The notes below the pieces were generated by a model, which worked only from the letters and a program-made list of their open reading frames with translations, searched no databases and had not been told where the DNA came from. DNA of 64,000 bases from Sphaerodactylus townsendi. Lineage: Eukaryota. Location: positions 60,326,001 to 60,390,000 of the forward strand of contig NC_059430.1 of the NCBI RefSeq assembly GCF_021028975.2, read 5' to 3'. Below, piece by piece: positions 1-12,853 of the stretch (its first letter is position 1; each line of letters begins with the position of its first letter). The translations under genes and the position numbers were made by a program.

Positions 1-3000
1 ATTCCAAATCAAATTCTGGCCCTCTTATCAACTCTGCAAGTCTGTACAACTCCTGGGCTGATTTTAAGGTTCTCTGAGGTGCTGTAATAATGTCCAAATG
101 GCCCCGACATTTCCAAAAACTCTTTGTGTCCTTGATATTTCTCAGTTTGCTTGCGCTCAGCCAGAACTCACTGGGTCATTCTACAACAATTGCATGATGA
201 TAGTAAACAGGTACAGGGGGCTTTTGATCCCAGGGGTTTGTCTGAATGTTACTCAGACTGGCTGTTCCCTGTGACAGCCAAACCTGTATTGGCTCAAGTT
301 CCTTTACAGGGTCCCTTCTCAGTTGCTGTGTATTTCTCTGGGTGTTGAAATCCTTCATCATGGATGGGAAATTGGGTCTCCTGCTGGCAGCCCTCAAAGG
401 TTCCTGCCTTTGCAGTGGTAGTAATTCACTGCCTTGACTTTTTGCTGCTGATGTTTTTCAACCTCAGGTCCCAGCTTATAGCCATTGGCCTAGTCATACA
501 GCAGCCTCCTGCTCTCCAACCTTCAATATTCATTTGCTTAGGCCTCCACCTTGGTCTCTCATACGTTCAGCTCCAGTAGGCATGCAAGGTCCCTGGAGTT
601 TATAAATCCTTCTGGCATCTTATTATATTTAACCTAGGTTCACCTCATTCCTGGCATCTGAATGGCTTAAAATTTATTGTATCCAAACTAGGCATACTTA
701 CTGAAGTAATTAAAAACAAGGATTAAATTTAAAATAAAATAAAATATGGTTAAAATTAGGGTTAAAATTAGAGATTTTATTGTTTTTATTGTTATCAGAA
801 GTGTTATATGACACAGCTTCCATGAAGAGCAGCCTATAAAAATAAATAAGAATAATAAAATTCTAAAAAGATCAACAGGCCTATGGCATGATATATTTTC
901 CAAGGAAAACTTTGGAAGTGACTTCAGTCTTCAGCTAGAATCATTCCAGCAACTCCTAGAGAGGCATGACAACACTTCCAAGGTTTTCCAGGAAGTGATA
1001 TCACTCCATCACCAACAGCCCCCAAAGTCTATGCCACCTCCCTTATATTCTTACAATAAATAATTTGTTTCTAAGGGAACCAAAAGAAAGAGAAGATCTT
1101 TAGTTTGCTCCAGAGTAATGATTCCCTAAACAACAGAGACAGATTCAGCATATTGCGTCCAGTTCAGTCAGTTAATAGGAATGGGTGGAAGTGAGTAAAT
1201 GGGACAAGGGAGCACAGGTTTATCTGCTGCCTCAGGGAGGGTTCCTTGGCCAGCCCCTCTCCAACCAGCTTCTATCACACCTGTAGATTGAAAACCAGAT
1301 GTCAGGGAGAAGGGTTTCTCCATGGCATACTACTTGAAGAAAAATGTGTATATAGAGAAACAATAATGTGAACCTCCTACCTGTAGTTTGAACCTCCTAT
1401 CTGTAGTGGTGTAGCCCATCATAGATTTTCGTAGAGCAGAGAGAACTAGACAGATAGCTAGAAATTTGTGGAGCAATGTCTGTCTGAAGAAATGATCTAC
1501 CTGCCTTAAAGATGCTATCATGGAGTGACTCAGAACTGAATATCCTGATAAATGCTTTGGAAAGAGATGTGTTGTATCATCTGAAGAGGAATTTAAGGGT
1601 TTGCCTCAAGATCAGACCAGCTCCGTATTGTGCTTTAAACTGATAAGAGTCTCAAACTTATAAAAGGGAGAAATTTTCACCAGTGGACTGCAAGGGAAAT
1701 TCTCTCTTTATAAACCAAATATTATGTGTACTCTGGCAGTTGATTCCTATTCTTCTCAGGCCTGGCTTTTCCCATGGTCTGCCAGTTTAGATTATGAATC
1801 TCCCAAACAAATAGGTGACAGTTTTCCTGTGCTTTCAAACTGGCCTCAGAATGATGTTTTACAAAATAACTTTCTAGTCTTTTGGGTGTCTTGTCTGAAG
1901 CTTGGAAAGCCTAAAAGTATTCAAAATCAGCAAAAGTGCTTGAAGTTAACTTTTGTTCTAGGCAGTTATGAAATATATTGATTGTATTTTCGGACTGATG
2001 AATGTTAGAGAGTTGCAAGAGGAAAAATCAGAATATATACATTATAAGCATATACATAAATACAGAATTATTCATTCTAAAACTTAGAATGAGCATTAAA
2101 CACTGTGTAAAAAATTTTCAGTGTGGTTTCAAAGGGTCACAGCCAAACAGTATTTATGTGGTTTGACAAGCTCAGAGATTTTAATTCAGTTCCAGTTTTG
2201 GGAACAGTTCTTACTTTGAGTTAGTATTTTATAGCATTTTATTTATAGACAGTGATTACAATAAACCAATGTTATTCAATTAAATGCTAGCATTTCCTAA
2301 GATGGACGTACTGTGGAAACAAAATCTCTTGTGATCATTCCGAAAGGGGAAGGGAGCTGTATAATTGTGTGCATACTGAAAGAAAGAAAGAAAAAATCTC
2401 TGTGTGTGTCTGGGGGGGGGGGGGGATTACATACACATGAACTGCTTTACTTAATATCAATACTGTAAATGGTTTCAGAAAATAACCCAGATAAATTCTT
2501 CTACATTTATTTTCTGTTGCCATTGGAAAAGATTGTGATTCTTTAAATACATAGCAGCTGCCAAAGCCTCAGTTTGGTCCATGCTCAGAAGAGGTGGATT
2601 TTCTCTCGCACAGCCCCTTTCCCTGCCTTAAGCAACACTGACTGTTTGCAATTGTCATACCTGACCTATTTTCCAGTAATTTCCCCAAAGGTAACAAACA
2701 TCCTCCATAAACTTCTTAGCCCATGGAGAAAAACTGCATAGAGTGGACCTCTCTTTTTTAAGGACAAAACTGTGCATACATATACACACACACACACATC
2801 ATAAGTACCAATGGCGTTCAGTCAAGGATGATTTTAACATCAGTTTTTCAGAGGAACGGCATAACTGTTTCCAAACTTTACACTTAGAAATGTTTATTGA
2901 GAGCATAAAATTGTTTCAATTATAGGAGCACACAAAAATAGTAGGTTAAAAAGTGTTTTCGGATTTCTGTCTTAAAAGACTGAGTGATTTTAGAGAATAT

Positions 3001-3149
3001 GTGAAGAAAAATAAATTGTTTTAAAATGGTTGCCTTGCCCAAAGGTTTATCTGAGAGATCTGAACGCAGTGATTAGCTCAAAATATCAGATAGCTACAAA
3101 AATATTTGCCTTACAAGAACTCACAAAGTCCTTGTGTCTTTTCCCCACC

Positions 3150-3470
3150 TTCAGAGGTGAGTCAGGTGCCAACTAGAGAAAGGACTTGTTCAGTAGTGGC
3201 ACCTTGTCTGAAGAATACCCTTCCCCCTGAGTCTCACGTAGTGTCTATGTTGCTCACTTTTAGGCACCAGGCTTTCAAATTACGAAGTTGATGTTTTGTC
3301 ACCATTTTAATAGTGTGTCTGGAAACCGGAATGTGTTGTAAGTTACTTAACTATTACATTTTTAATACTCTGTCTGATTGTTTTATGCTGGGTTTTAATT
3401 AAGAATTTTAAGTGTCTTCTGTTTTTTGTTACATTTTATTATGTAAATTGCCTTGGACAGATTCCTTGCC
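3150..3470 (+). mobile_element. Degraded L2-type LINE 3' fragment
   Basis: Decayed 'RAFSVVAP.LWN.LP'-like coding (AGGACTTGTTCAGTAGTGGCACCTTGTCTGAAGAATACCCTTCCC) followed by a T-rich 3' UTR; boundaries approximate. Confidence 0.55.
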
Positions 3471-3642
3471 TAAAAATTCTCAGCATAATTTTTTTTTGCA
3501 GGAATGCCCAATGTCCTTATTCTAGTAGTGCCAAATCAAACATTGATTATTAGAAATTGTTCATCCCTGTCAGAAACTGCCCCTCAACAGCCCCTTCCCT
3601 CCGAGTGGGAGAAAAAGAAGAGCAGGCTTCTGCTGTCACTCT

Positions 3643-3783
3643 GGCCCCTTCCGCACACGCAAAATAATGCATTTTCAAACCACTTTCACAACTGTTTGCA
3701 AGTGGATTTTGCTATTCCGCACAGCTTCAAAGAGCACTGAAAGCAGTTTAAAAGTGCATTATTCTGCGTGTGCGGAATGAGCC
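3643..3783. mobile_element. MITE, PIF/Harbinger-like
   Basis: ~35-bp imperfect TIRs GGCCCCTTCCGCACACGCAAAATAATGCA / TGCATTATTCTGCGTGTGCGGAATGAGCC; 3-bp flanks TCT/TTA do not match exactly. Confidence 0.7.
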
Positions 3784-4375
3784 TTAGTCAGGAATCTGGG
3801 CAACAGGAGATAGCAATGGCACCCACCTCTCACAGGGTGAGGGCCCTGGTGGGAGGGGAGACAGTGGGGTGGCAGTGATTTGGGGGCTACATTGTTCCCC
3901 CAGCCTCATAATCACTAAGATCACCTATGGGAAATTGCTTCCTCACCATTGTGTTGTAACAGCTCCAGAAGCTGAGAAAGTATCTGCAGACCAGGGAGCC
4001 AAGGTATCATTGGCACAGGAAGAGGCCACACCCAGCTGGGGCTGTTCAGGCTGCAAATATCTGCAGCTCATTGGAACCAGGTGGCAGGAAAATGAATGGG
4101 GAGTGAACAGAAACATGTTCTAAACAAAACTGGACATAACATTTTATTTGAAGACACTGAAATTCTGGACAGTTCAGAAGATTACTATATGAGACTGCAC
4201 AGGGAGGCTATTGAAATTCACAAACACCAAGACAACTTTAACAAGAAAGAAGAGACTCTGAGAATTAACAAAGTTTGGCTACCAGTACTTAAAAATACCA
4301 GAATTAAAAGCCAAGGGTATGCTAAGTTCATGGACAATGGACTCCACCCAGACACAGGATTTGCATTCACCAATA

Positions 4376-4377
<2 letters not shown>

Positions 4378-4442
<65 letters not shown>

Positions 4443-4443
4443 A
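4378..4443 (+). repeat. (GCT)n microsatellite inside the Penelope copy
   Basis: About 22 GCT units seen directly. Confidence 0.97.
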
Positions 4444-4645
4444 GGGAATGCAAATGCAACTACAAATGTAAATGGACTAATAACCCCACCCTCAATACAA
4501 TGTACTCAACCACACCTTTGCATAGCAAGTTCCACCCAAACACTTACTGACTGGTTCCCCACCCTGGAACATGGACAATATATAACCCACTAAACATTCT
4601 CTTCTTACTAGACACAGTGTATAACAGACTTCTCTCTGTGATATA

Positions 4646-4686
4646 CCTCTGAAGATGCCAGCCACAGATGCAGGCGAAACATTAGG
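4646..4686 (+). ncRNA. Hammerhead ribozyme motif (type I, minimal; variant AUU site)
   Basis: CCU-CUGAAGA-U-GCC...GGC-GAAA-C-AUU-AGG: core intact, but the helix III ACGU palindrome is changed to ACAU. Confidence 0.7.
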
Positions 4687-5156
4687 AACAAGATCCACCA
4701 GACCATGGCCACACAGCCCGGAAAACCCACAACAACCAGTTGAACAGAAACTCTCCATGTACAGCTCCAAGGGTAGACTGCATATAGTCCTGCAGTCTCC
4801 TTTGGATCTGGTCTGATTGATGACATCAGGTGCAAGTCACACCTGCTGCATCTTGCCATGTAGCAAGATGTAGCAGCATCTTTCCATTCGCCATCCCAAA
4901 CTAGTGCTTGGGTCACTGAGGCTCTGCACCAGTTCTGGACTCAGATGGTCTCATGACAATTCTGTCTTCAAAGATCTTGCAGTTCAGATACCTATAGGTT
5001 ATGAAACAGCAAAGTCTGCAGCTCAGGAATATACCTTTATAACCTTGAAACCACTTCTGAAAGACAATTATTGGAGGGAATCTTTGCAGTGAGTGGAAAC
5101 CTCCTTCTATTGGATGAAAGCTTTGCTGTCATTGCAATGAAGTTGTTGGGTATAAT

Positions 5157-5292
5157 CAGTGATGGGATTCAAATCATTTAACTACTGGTTCCGGTGGTGG
5201 AATTCAAATAATTTAACAACTGGTTGTTTACAAGCACCATTTTAACAACTGGTTCTGCCGAAGTGGTGCGAACCGACTGAATCCCACCACTG
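5157..5292. mobile_element. hAT MITE
   Basis: TIR CAGTGATGGGATTCA / TGAATCCCACCACTG; perfect 8-bp TSD GGTATAAT (5149-5156, 5293-5300). Confidence 0.9.
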
Positions 5293-7675
5293 GGTATAAT
5301 CAATTGTGAAGTAGCAAAGAAAGAAACAAATAACTACATGTTCTATAGAGCTGAAGAAACATTTGAAATTCTTAATATGTTTGAGAGACAGGGAAATGTA
5401 AATGACCCTTTAAATCAATAAATATATGATTAATTAACTCTGGGATGATGCTGAATTGGCAAATATTCTACATTATTTCAATGTGTGCAATGCTTGTGCT
5501 TTAATTTTATGGTATGTTGGTAGTATCTGTTAATTAAAAATATATAAGGAAATGGTCAATGAAATCTAACCTAATCTGAGTTCACCAAGGGCAGAAATGT
5601 CAAGCTAATAATAATGTAATTATTTGAAAGCATGGTTGATTGCCTAAACAAAGAAAGTGTGATCAATCCTAGTCAATTTAATTTCGGCAAACCATTTGAT
5701 ATGTGCAGTGTAAGCAGTTTGTTTATATTGGGAGCTCATTGTTTAACATAGGTCCTATATGATTCTGACTTTTTTACACTGCTCTGAATAAACTGATAAG
5801 TAATTTTAATCTAATTCTTTAGTTGTAACAGGTTTGGGTCAAAAAGAAACTTGCCTACCCTTGATTTTTTTAAAGTTTGTTTACGCCCCTCCCCTTTTTT
5901 ATTCAGACACTGATGAGGATTTAATTTACTTTCATTCTTCTGTCTGAGTTTGTATTGCTATATTTCTTTTTATCATATGCTGCTGTTTCCTGCAGGAGGC
6001 ATGTTTGTTCTATAAAACTGTTACACTATTTCTATTATGTTAGCTGATCTGCCAAAACGTTTGCTTTTTTGTCATATTTCTTCACTAAATTGGTTCTACT
6101 CACACTTCTAGAGATGCAAAAAGAAAATAAACTTAGCAGAGTAACCTGCTTTCACCCTAATTTTATTATTTTTAACATTAAAAAGATGTAAAAGCCATCT
6201 TCTATAAGAGAAATATGAAAAAGTATTTTCAGAATTTAGACAGATAGAGAAAATGTTTTTTATTCAATTTATTTACCACATATATCTCACTTTTAACTGC
6301 AGCACATGTTTTTATGGACCAAAACCTCTTGCTGTGTAATATCATTCTCTTCAACTGTACCGTTCTTCTATTTGTGTATGCATAGGCATTCATGTACAGA
6401 GGGAATAATGTGTGGATGCTGAGCTGTGGGACATGAGAAAGTTTCTAGGAGCATTTTTGTTAGGTTTTGAAATGTGCAGAGACAAGAATATACTTGAACG
6501 ACTGCAGAAACTTCCAACAGAGCTCTGGAGATAGTGATGAGGGCACTTTAGGATGAGAGATATTTTTCCTCAATTCCAATCCAGATGTTGCAGCATTTCT
6601 TAATTGGTTAGGTATTTTTTGGCTTGGTAGGCCGTAAGTGCTGTCATGGTGATTATGTGAGACATGTAGAGCCCAGTATTTAGGTGAAATTATTGTGAGA
6701 ATGATTCCAGGTATTTGTGAGTAGGATTTGTCAATTATGCCCTGTTTATTCTTTAGCCACCTTGAGTGGATCTAGCAGTCAGCATACAAATTTTCTTAAC
6801 AGATAAAAATAAAGTTTCATCATGATCAAATCTGACTTTTTAAAATAAGGTTTAAGTTTTAATACACTAGAAAAATGCTCAGTTGACTTGCTATTAATAT
6901 ATTGTTAAACACTCCCCAAAGTTAAGAATGCAACTATGTTTATCAGAGAAGCAAAAGTGAATATACATGTACCTTGTGACCTTGGAATGGCATCCAAAAT
7001 GTGTGGTTGTACAGATGGGGTAATACTGGGGAGGGGGGGGGGAGGATATATATGTTGGAGGGTACACATTAAAAAATGAATATCTTGATTGTACACTGTC
7101 AAGGATACAGAATTTGGTCTGCATTGTGAAAGTAAGTTGATCTCTGTATTTGCAAACCAACCAATTATGACAACTTTACAGAAATTTATCTTTTGATATT
7201 ATATCAGTATTAGACGTACTGATTTCTGGTATGAATTTTGTAGATACACAATAGTGTTTACTTTCATTATTTGAAAGGAAGGTGATTCTGAATGAAAGCC
7301 AACACACCCTTGTTGGATGTAGCAATGTGCAAAGGAATTGAGATGAAGACCCAGCAAAGGGTAGGCAATTGGTCAGGGCTGTAAAGTTAGTGATCCCTCT
7401 GTCCTTTTCTGCCACCTCCTGTGTGTCCTTGAACTGATATTCTCAGGTCTAATATCCTCTTCTTCTTGAAAGTTAGTTGTAGAGACTCTTCCTAGCTAGC
7501 AAGATAGGAGCATGTTATCGTTCCCTTTTTTCTATCCTAACTGTAGTTCCTAATAACTATTTACCTTTTACCCTTTCAGTCAGTGTGTTGGCTGCTTCTC
7601 TGAGCAGTAAACTCCAATATTTTTGGTTATGGACACCAGGACTTAATTGACCTGGTTAAAAGAAAAAAGAAAACT

Positions 7676-7771
7676 GGGGTCTGTGTGGTTGCCGGGCTGT
7701 ATGGCCGTGTTCTAGCAGCATTCTCTCCTGACGTTTCGCCTGCATCTGTGGCTGGCGTCTTCATAATATCT
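7676..7771 (-). mobile_element. Penelope pLTR fragment with mutated hammerhead
   Basis: Reverse complement reads CAGAT-ATTA-TGAAGACGCCAGCCACAGATGCAGGCGAAACGTCAGGAGAGAATGC...; TSD-like GAAAACT at 7669-7675 and 7772-7778. Confidence 0.85.
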
Positions 7772-8884
7772 GAAAACTTTTTCCCCAGGTTCAGATAGCC
7801 AGGGAATAAGGACAGAGGTGTGAAGATTGGTGTCTCCTGTGGAAAGAGGTTTGCCATTCCCATGGAACTGCTAACGGTTGCAAATTTCTTAACATGGAAA
7901 TTGCATATGAAAGTGATCCTACAGCAGTAAAATTTATGGAGCTTTCTCTGAACACTGAAACCAGCTCGTTCAGATAAATACTGAAACAAACAGAATTTTA
8001 AAAACCAGAGGTATTATTATTTCATCTTTATCAGATTAATTATTGACTGAAACTTTTGAAACGGCAGCTGAGCTTTGGGAGGAGTTAGAAAAATATTTGG
8101 GAAGGAAATCTACACAAAAGTGATGTGTTTCCATTATTAACTGCTTGTTAAACAAATGCCTGAAGGGGATTATGTACTTAGCATATCAATGAAATGCTGA
8201 AGCTAATTGATCAGCTGCAGTTAACCAGTAAAGTTTTGGAAAATGATGACCTAATTCTATATTTGTTAATTTCATTGACAAAGAGCTATTTTTATAACCA
8301 TAATTAAGAGTAAAGAGAATTTAATTTTGGCACAAGTTGTTGGGGAGCTGAAAGACAAGAGCATGATGAGAAAGTTTGCCCAAAGCACAAGTGATTTGTG
8401 AGTGTTAGCTATATACAACAAGAGATCTTTACAATGTCATACATTAATAAAATTGGTCATTTTTCAAGTTAATGCCCAGACTGCACTGTAAGTCAGCATC
8501 CAGGGAGCCATTTGCATCTTAGAATGAGTGATAAAAGCTTTTGAATTCCCAGACCAGCAGTGCTGAGAGTGCAGTCAAACAGATGAAATCTGGAAAAATA
8601 AAAGCAAAAGTTGGATTTTAGGCAGTAGAAGCAGTCACCACCTCTGAAGAGATAAAAGCTTGTTTGAGTTTCTGAATCAGAGTAAAAAGGAGTTACTTGA
8701 CATTGCAAATGATGAGATGATCACAGCAGAGGGGATCGGAAGGCTGACCATAAACTGTGCTCTTTCAGGAGAATGTGTGAGAGAGATTATTATTACAGAC
8801 TGTTGATGTGTACCCTCCCTTAGAAATAATCTGATTTCTATGCTTCAACAAAGTCTTTTCCATTTCTTTTGATGACACACATTT

Positions 8885-9560
8885 ATTTTTGATGGCTCAG
8901 AATTAGTTGCCCAAGGAACTAAACAAAATGGGCTGTATTTTCTGGTATTACATGTAGAGAAAGTGCATCTTGTACTAATAGACAATGTTTAAATCTGTGG
9001 CACAGATGGTATGGCCATAGATCACTTGAAGCAAAAAACCCTCAAAACCTTGAGAGCCAGAATCTAACGAAGAATATGTGAATTGTTAACTGCTCTCAGC
9101 AGAAAGAGAAATCTGTCTTAGAATGAAGTGAAATTTGTCTTAGAATGAAGAATGTAAGACCAAGCTTTGCAAAGCAATCCAGTAAAGGGAGAGTACCCCC
9201 CCCCCCGATCTTATTCACACTTATTTGTATGGACCTTTTATAACAGAGACCCCATCTGGAAGCAAATATTATCTCACACTTGTAGATGATTTTTCAAAAT
9301 GTACTGTGATGTATTTCCTCAGACATAAAAGTGAAGTTCTAAGTAAATTTAAAGATTACCTTGCATTAGTCAAAAACAGATTTAAAGGACCCCAGTGACT
9401 CTACACTCAGACACTGAGGGAGAATATTCCTCAAATAAAATGAAAGCACTATTGACAGAGTATGGAATTGAACATCAATTGGCTATTCCCCAGACTGAAA
9501 GAAAAAATAGATCCCTTACTGAAATGGCCAGATACATGATGTTTGAGGCCAAACTTCTCT
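8885..9560 (+). mobile_element. Ty1/Copia LTR-retrotransposon pol relic (GAG-pre-integrase plus rve integrase), frameshifted
   Basis: Hand translation gives NGLYFL, LWHRWYGH (from 8995), DLIHTYLYGP...YYLTLVDDFSKCTVMYFLRHKSEV, then ORF 9395 LHSDTEGEY...GIEHQ...ERKNRSLTEMAR. Confidence 0.9.
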
Positions 9561-10779
9561 GTGTGATAAATTCCAACACCGCTTCCCCTTCCCCCGCCCA
9601 CACACACAATTATTATGCACACAAACACATACAAAAGTAAGACAGCCCCTATTTTTAAGATGGAATATGGGGGAAAACTGTAATTGCATTTGAGTAAATA
9701 TAGTATCATGAAGGAGCAACTGCAGTATCAAAGATATCAGGAAGGTTACAACATTCAGTGTATTGAGTTAACCAAAATGAAACATGGGAATCTCATGTTG
9801 GAAACCGGGAATATGAGAATCATTCCTACTCCGTAGCTGATTATATGTGAAGAAGTGGGTTATGTAGATTATTTCATGTTATTTTGTGATACATATATCA
9901 CTCAGTGCAATACAGATATATTATTGCTGCTTTATCACACATACCAGTGGTAATTTGTAGCTCATTATGCAGCTCTGGAAAAGGATATCAGGTAATAAAA
10001 GAAAGATTTACAATGTTTTCTATCAACAATATGATAATAAGGAAGTAAGGGTATCATTTTTGTATGATTCTGCTGGGATACCCTCTTGAAGCCAATATAT
10101 TTTGCAGGAATCATTTAACCTTTTAAAGGTCACATTGTATGAGTTGCTATTATATCATTCAGCCCATATCAATCAGTGCATTATTTAACAAGTGGCAATA
10201 CAAGGCTGCCTTCCTGAATACATCCTAAAGATATCTCAGATTCTTCCTCACCACAGATCACTTGCTACTTCTCTGATTTGACCCTATAATGAGGGGAAAA
10301 GGTGTGCATACTTTTTATCATCCCACCAGTCTACACCTGCCTCTTTTCTAGGAAATATGAGAAAACTGTTTTATCCTGTTCCCTATAGGGAAAAATGTGT
10401 AGTGTCATTTATTTATTTACATTTTCAATTTAGATCCCACCAACCCATTCCGGGTTCATGGCAGCTAACGATAATTAAAAACAATATATTATACAAAATC
10501 CTAATGTATAATTTAAAACCAATCAAAGTCAACAAATAGATGGTATGCTTAAAATCCTGTTGTGTACAGAATAAAGAGAGTTGACTCCATAGGTGGACTT
10601 CATTTTCATTGCTGAAGAGGGATCTGTAGCGGACACAGGCCCAAATGCCAGAGGTAATTGCAGTGTGGATAATTGGTGGGATGCAGAAGAGTTAGGCCTC
10701 CTCTGTTTCGTGCATCTCTAATCTTATGGGTGAGGCCACCCTGGCTCTAGGTCCTGAGCTGTCACATGGGTTCACCTCA

Positions 10780-11420
10780 TGCTCCTTCTTGCCAAACATT
10801 CTTCAGGGAGGTGTGCCATGTCCATTCTCCCTAGCCATAAGGTCTACACATCAGGGATAGTGGCACCACTCAAGGGGTACCTGTCCCAGGTCCATGAAGG
10901 CACTGAGGCTCCAGCCTTCTGGTTTGAGGGTTACCACTTCATCTTCCAAACTGATGCTTCAGGGTGCTCATCTGAGTTGTACCATGTACCATTGAAACAA
11001 CATTTCCCTATACTGCTCCCGCCATGTGGAGGGGAGGGAGGACAGCTCATTGCTTGGTCTGTTTTACCATCTCATTTGATTTTTGCAGTCATCAAGAGGC
11101 CCCATTGCAGATATTTCAAAGGAAATGTCATAACCCTCATCTCAAGGTAGACCCCATTGGGCCTGTACAGGTGTGGAAGACAATGCCAAATGTTTGGGTG
11201 TGAAATATGTGTGCCATCAATGGCAGCAGCCTCAGGCCACACCCAACCATTTATTTTAGCCTATGCCCTTTCCAGGTATTTCAGATGCATTATGCCACTC
11301 CTGATATGCTGGTGAAGCATATCTTACCATACAAGCAGTACACCCAGCAAAAGTGCCCTCAAGTGTTCAGAGTTCTCTATGACTTGCCAAACAATGGACT
11401 TTCCTGCATGTCTTCCCATG
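10780..11420 (+). mobile_element. Highly degraded LTR-element pol relic (RNase H / integrase-like, Gypsy or ERV)
   Basis: LSQVHEGTE...GYHFIFQTD resembles Gypsy RNase H; CEIC...PFQVFQMHY resembles the integrase Zn finger to core junction. Confidence 0.4.
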
Positions 11421-11524
11421 CCATTCTCACTCAAATGAATTAGTATGATGTTAAATGGGGAGATGCCTTCAAGTGGTGGTGGAGAACTACCAACTACTGT
11501 TCCCACAGAATGCTTAGATCACAA

Positions 11525-11620
11525 CCCATGCTGTGCCACCTACCTCACAGGGTGTTTGTTGTGAGGGGGGAAGGGCAAGGAGATTGTAAGCCCCTTTGAG
11601 TCTCCTACAGGCGAGAAAGG
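11525..11620 (+). mobile_element. Squam3-like SINE 3' part, cut by the assembly gap
   Basis: CCACCTACCTCACAGGGTGTTTGTTGTGAGGGGGGAAGGGCAAGGAGATTGTAAGCCCCTTTGAGTCTCC matches the copies at 25.2 kb and 52.2 kb. Confidence 0.85.
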
Positions 11621-11781
11621 NNNNNNNNNNNNNNNNNNNNNNNNNNNNNNNNNNNNNNNNNNNNNNNNNNNNNNNNNNNNNNNNNNNNNNNNNNNNNNNN
11701 NNNNNNNNNNNNNNNNNNNNNNNNNNNNNNNNNNNNNNNNNNNNNNNNNNNNNNNNNNNNNNNNNNNNNNNNNNNNNNNNN
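11621..11781. other. Assembly gap (161 N)
   Basis: N run. Confidence 1.
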
Positions 11782-11785
11782 ACCA

Positions 11786-12853
11786 TGTCATTGTGGGCAG
11801 AGGTGTGGCTCTTCCTGCTCAGTAAATCCTAGTTCGCACAATAATACATCAGACAATATATAGTGTGGATAAAGAAAGCTGGTCATAGCCAAAGAATTTA
11901 TTAGCAGAAAGCACAGGAATGCAAATTGGCACAGCATGGGTAGTGATCTGGGCAGCCCGAGTGCTGTCCCCCAGAGTAAACAGGTTCCTACAGCCCGCCT
12001 GCTGGAGGATTATATCCAAGCGAAAGATTGGAGTGAAACATTCCAGACCAGTGAAGTGCCCATGACTGGAGCTCCCCTCCAACCCCCGCCACCCAAACGA
12101 TTATCGGGGACCCTGAAACAGCTGTCAAGCAAGCTCAGGCTGGCTGGAGCCACGTGGCACAGAACCTTATTGTTGTGAAAATGGCCTGAAGTATGTTTTC
12201 TAGGCCGAGGAGCACCACCTCCCTACGTCCATGACCCTGCTGACTGGGACCCCCAGCCCCGCCACAGTAGACGCTGCCCTTATCCAGAAGGAATGAAGCC
12301 CATAAGAAGCAGGGGAAAGGTACAGGGCAGACAGGCAAAGGCCACTCTTCTGGATCCCTCGATGTCCTGAAGCAGAGTGGGCCCTGAGCCACAAGGCAGG
12401 GCCTTTTATAGGCCCTGCCTTGGGCCCACGAGAGCACGTTCTCCACGAGAGCACTTTCTCCACTGTGGCCCGGCCCTCTGTGTTTACGCAGACTGGGCCT
12501 GAAGCCACCCAGCCCTATGCACATGCACGGATCAGCTGTGCATGCACAGACCGGGTCCCAACACCGGTCTGGGTCCCCCCTCGCCAAGCCGTCCCCTCCT
12601 CCAATGGCAGCCGCGTCTCACGTGCGGCTGCTCTTTTATGCTGACCCAATCCCCTCAGAGCTTGCAATGTCTCAGTGGCAGTCTAGGGAGGTAGATCCAG
12701 TGGCAAACCCACAGTACATGTGACTCACCTGCATTTATGTTGCTTGGCAATCCATTGCCCTACTGCATCCCCTCTAGAGCAACAATATTGGGGCTGCATG
12801 TCCCACTCTGTGCCTGGTTTTCCAAAACCTCCATGCACCCTTAATTGCAGACA
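11786..12853 (-). mobile_element. Solo LTR (probably Gypsy-type)
   Basis: TGTC...GACA termini; minus-strand TATAAAA (~12404) upstream of AATAAA (~11897); flanks ACCA/ACTG are consistent with a CpG-decayed ACCG TSD. Confidence 0.6.

Larger units (their letters stand above)
4115..4740 (+). mobile_element. 5'-truncated Penelope-like retroelement (C-terminal GIY-YIG endonuclease region plus pLTR)
   Basis: ORF 4096-4593 contains GHNILFEDTEILD...RLHREAIEIHKHQDNFNKKEE...WLPVL, typical of the PLE endonuclease C-terminus; 11-bp TSD TGAACAGAAAC at 4104-4114 and 4741-4751. Confidence 0.9.
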
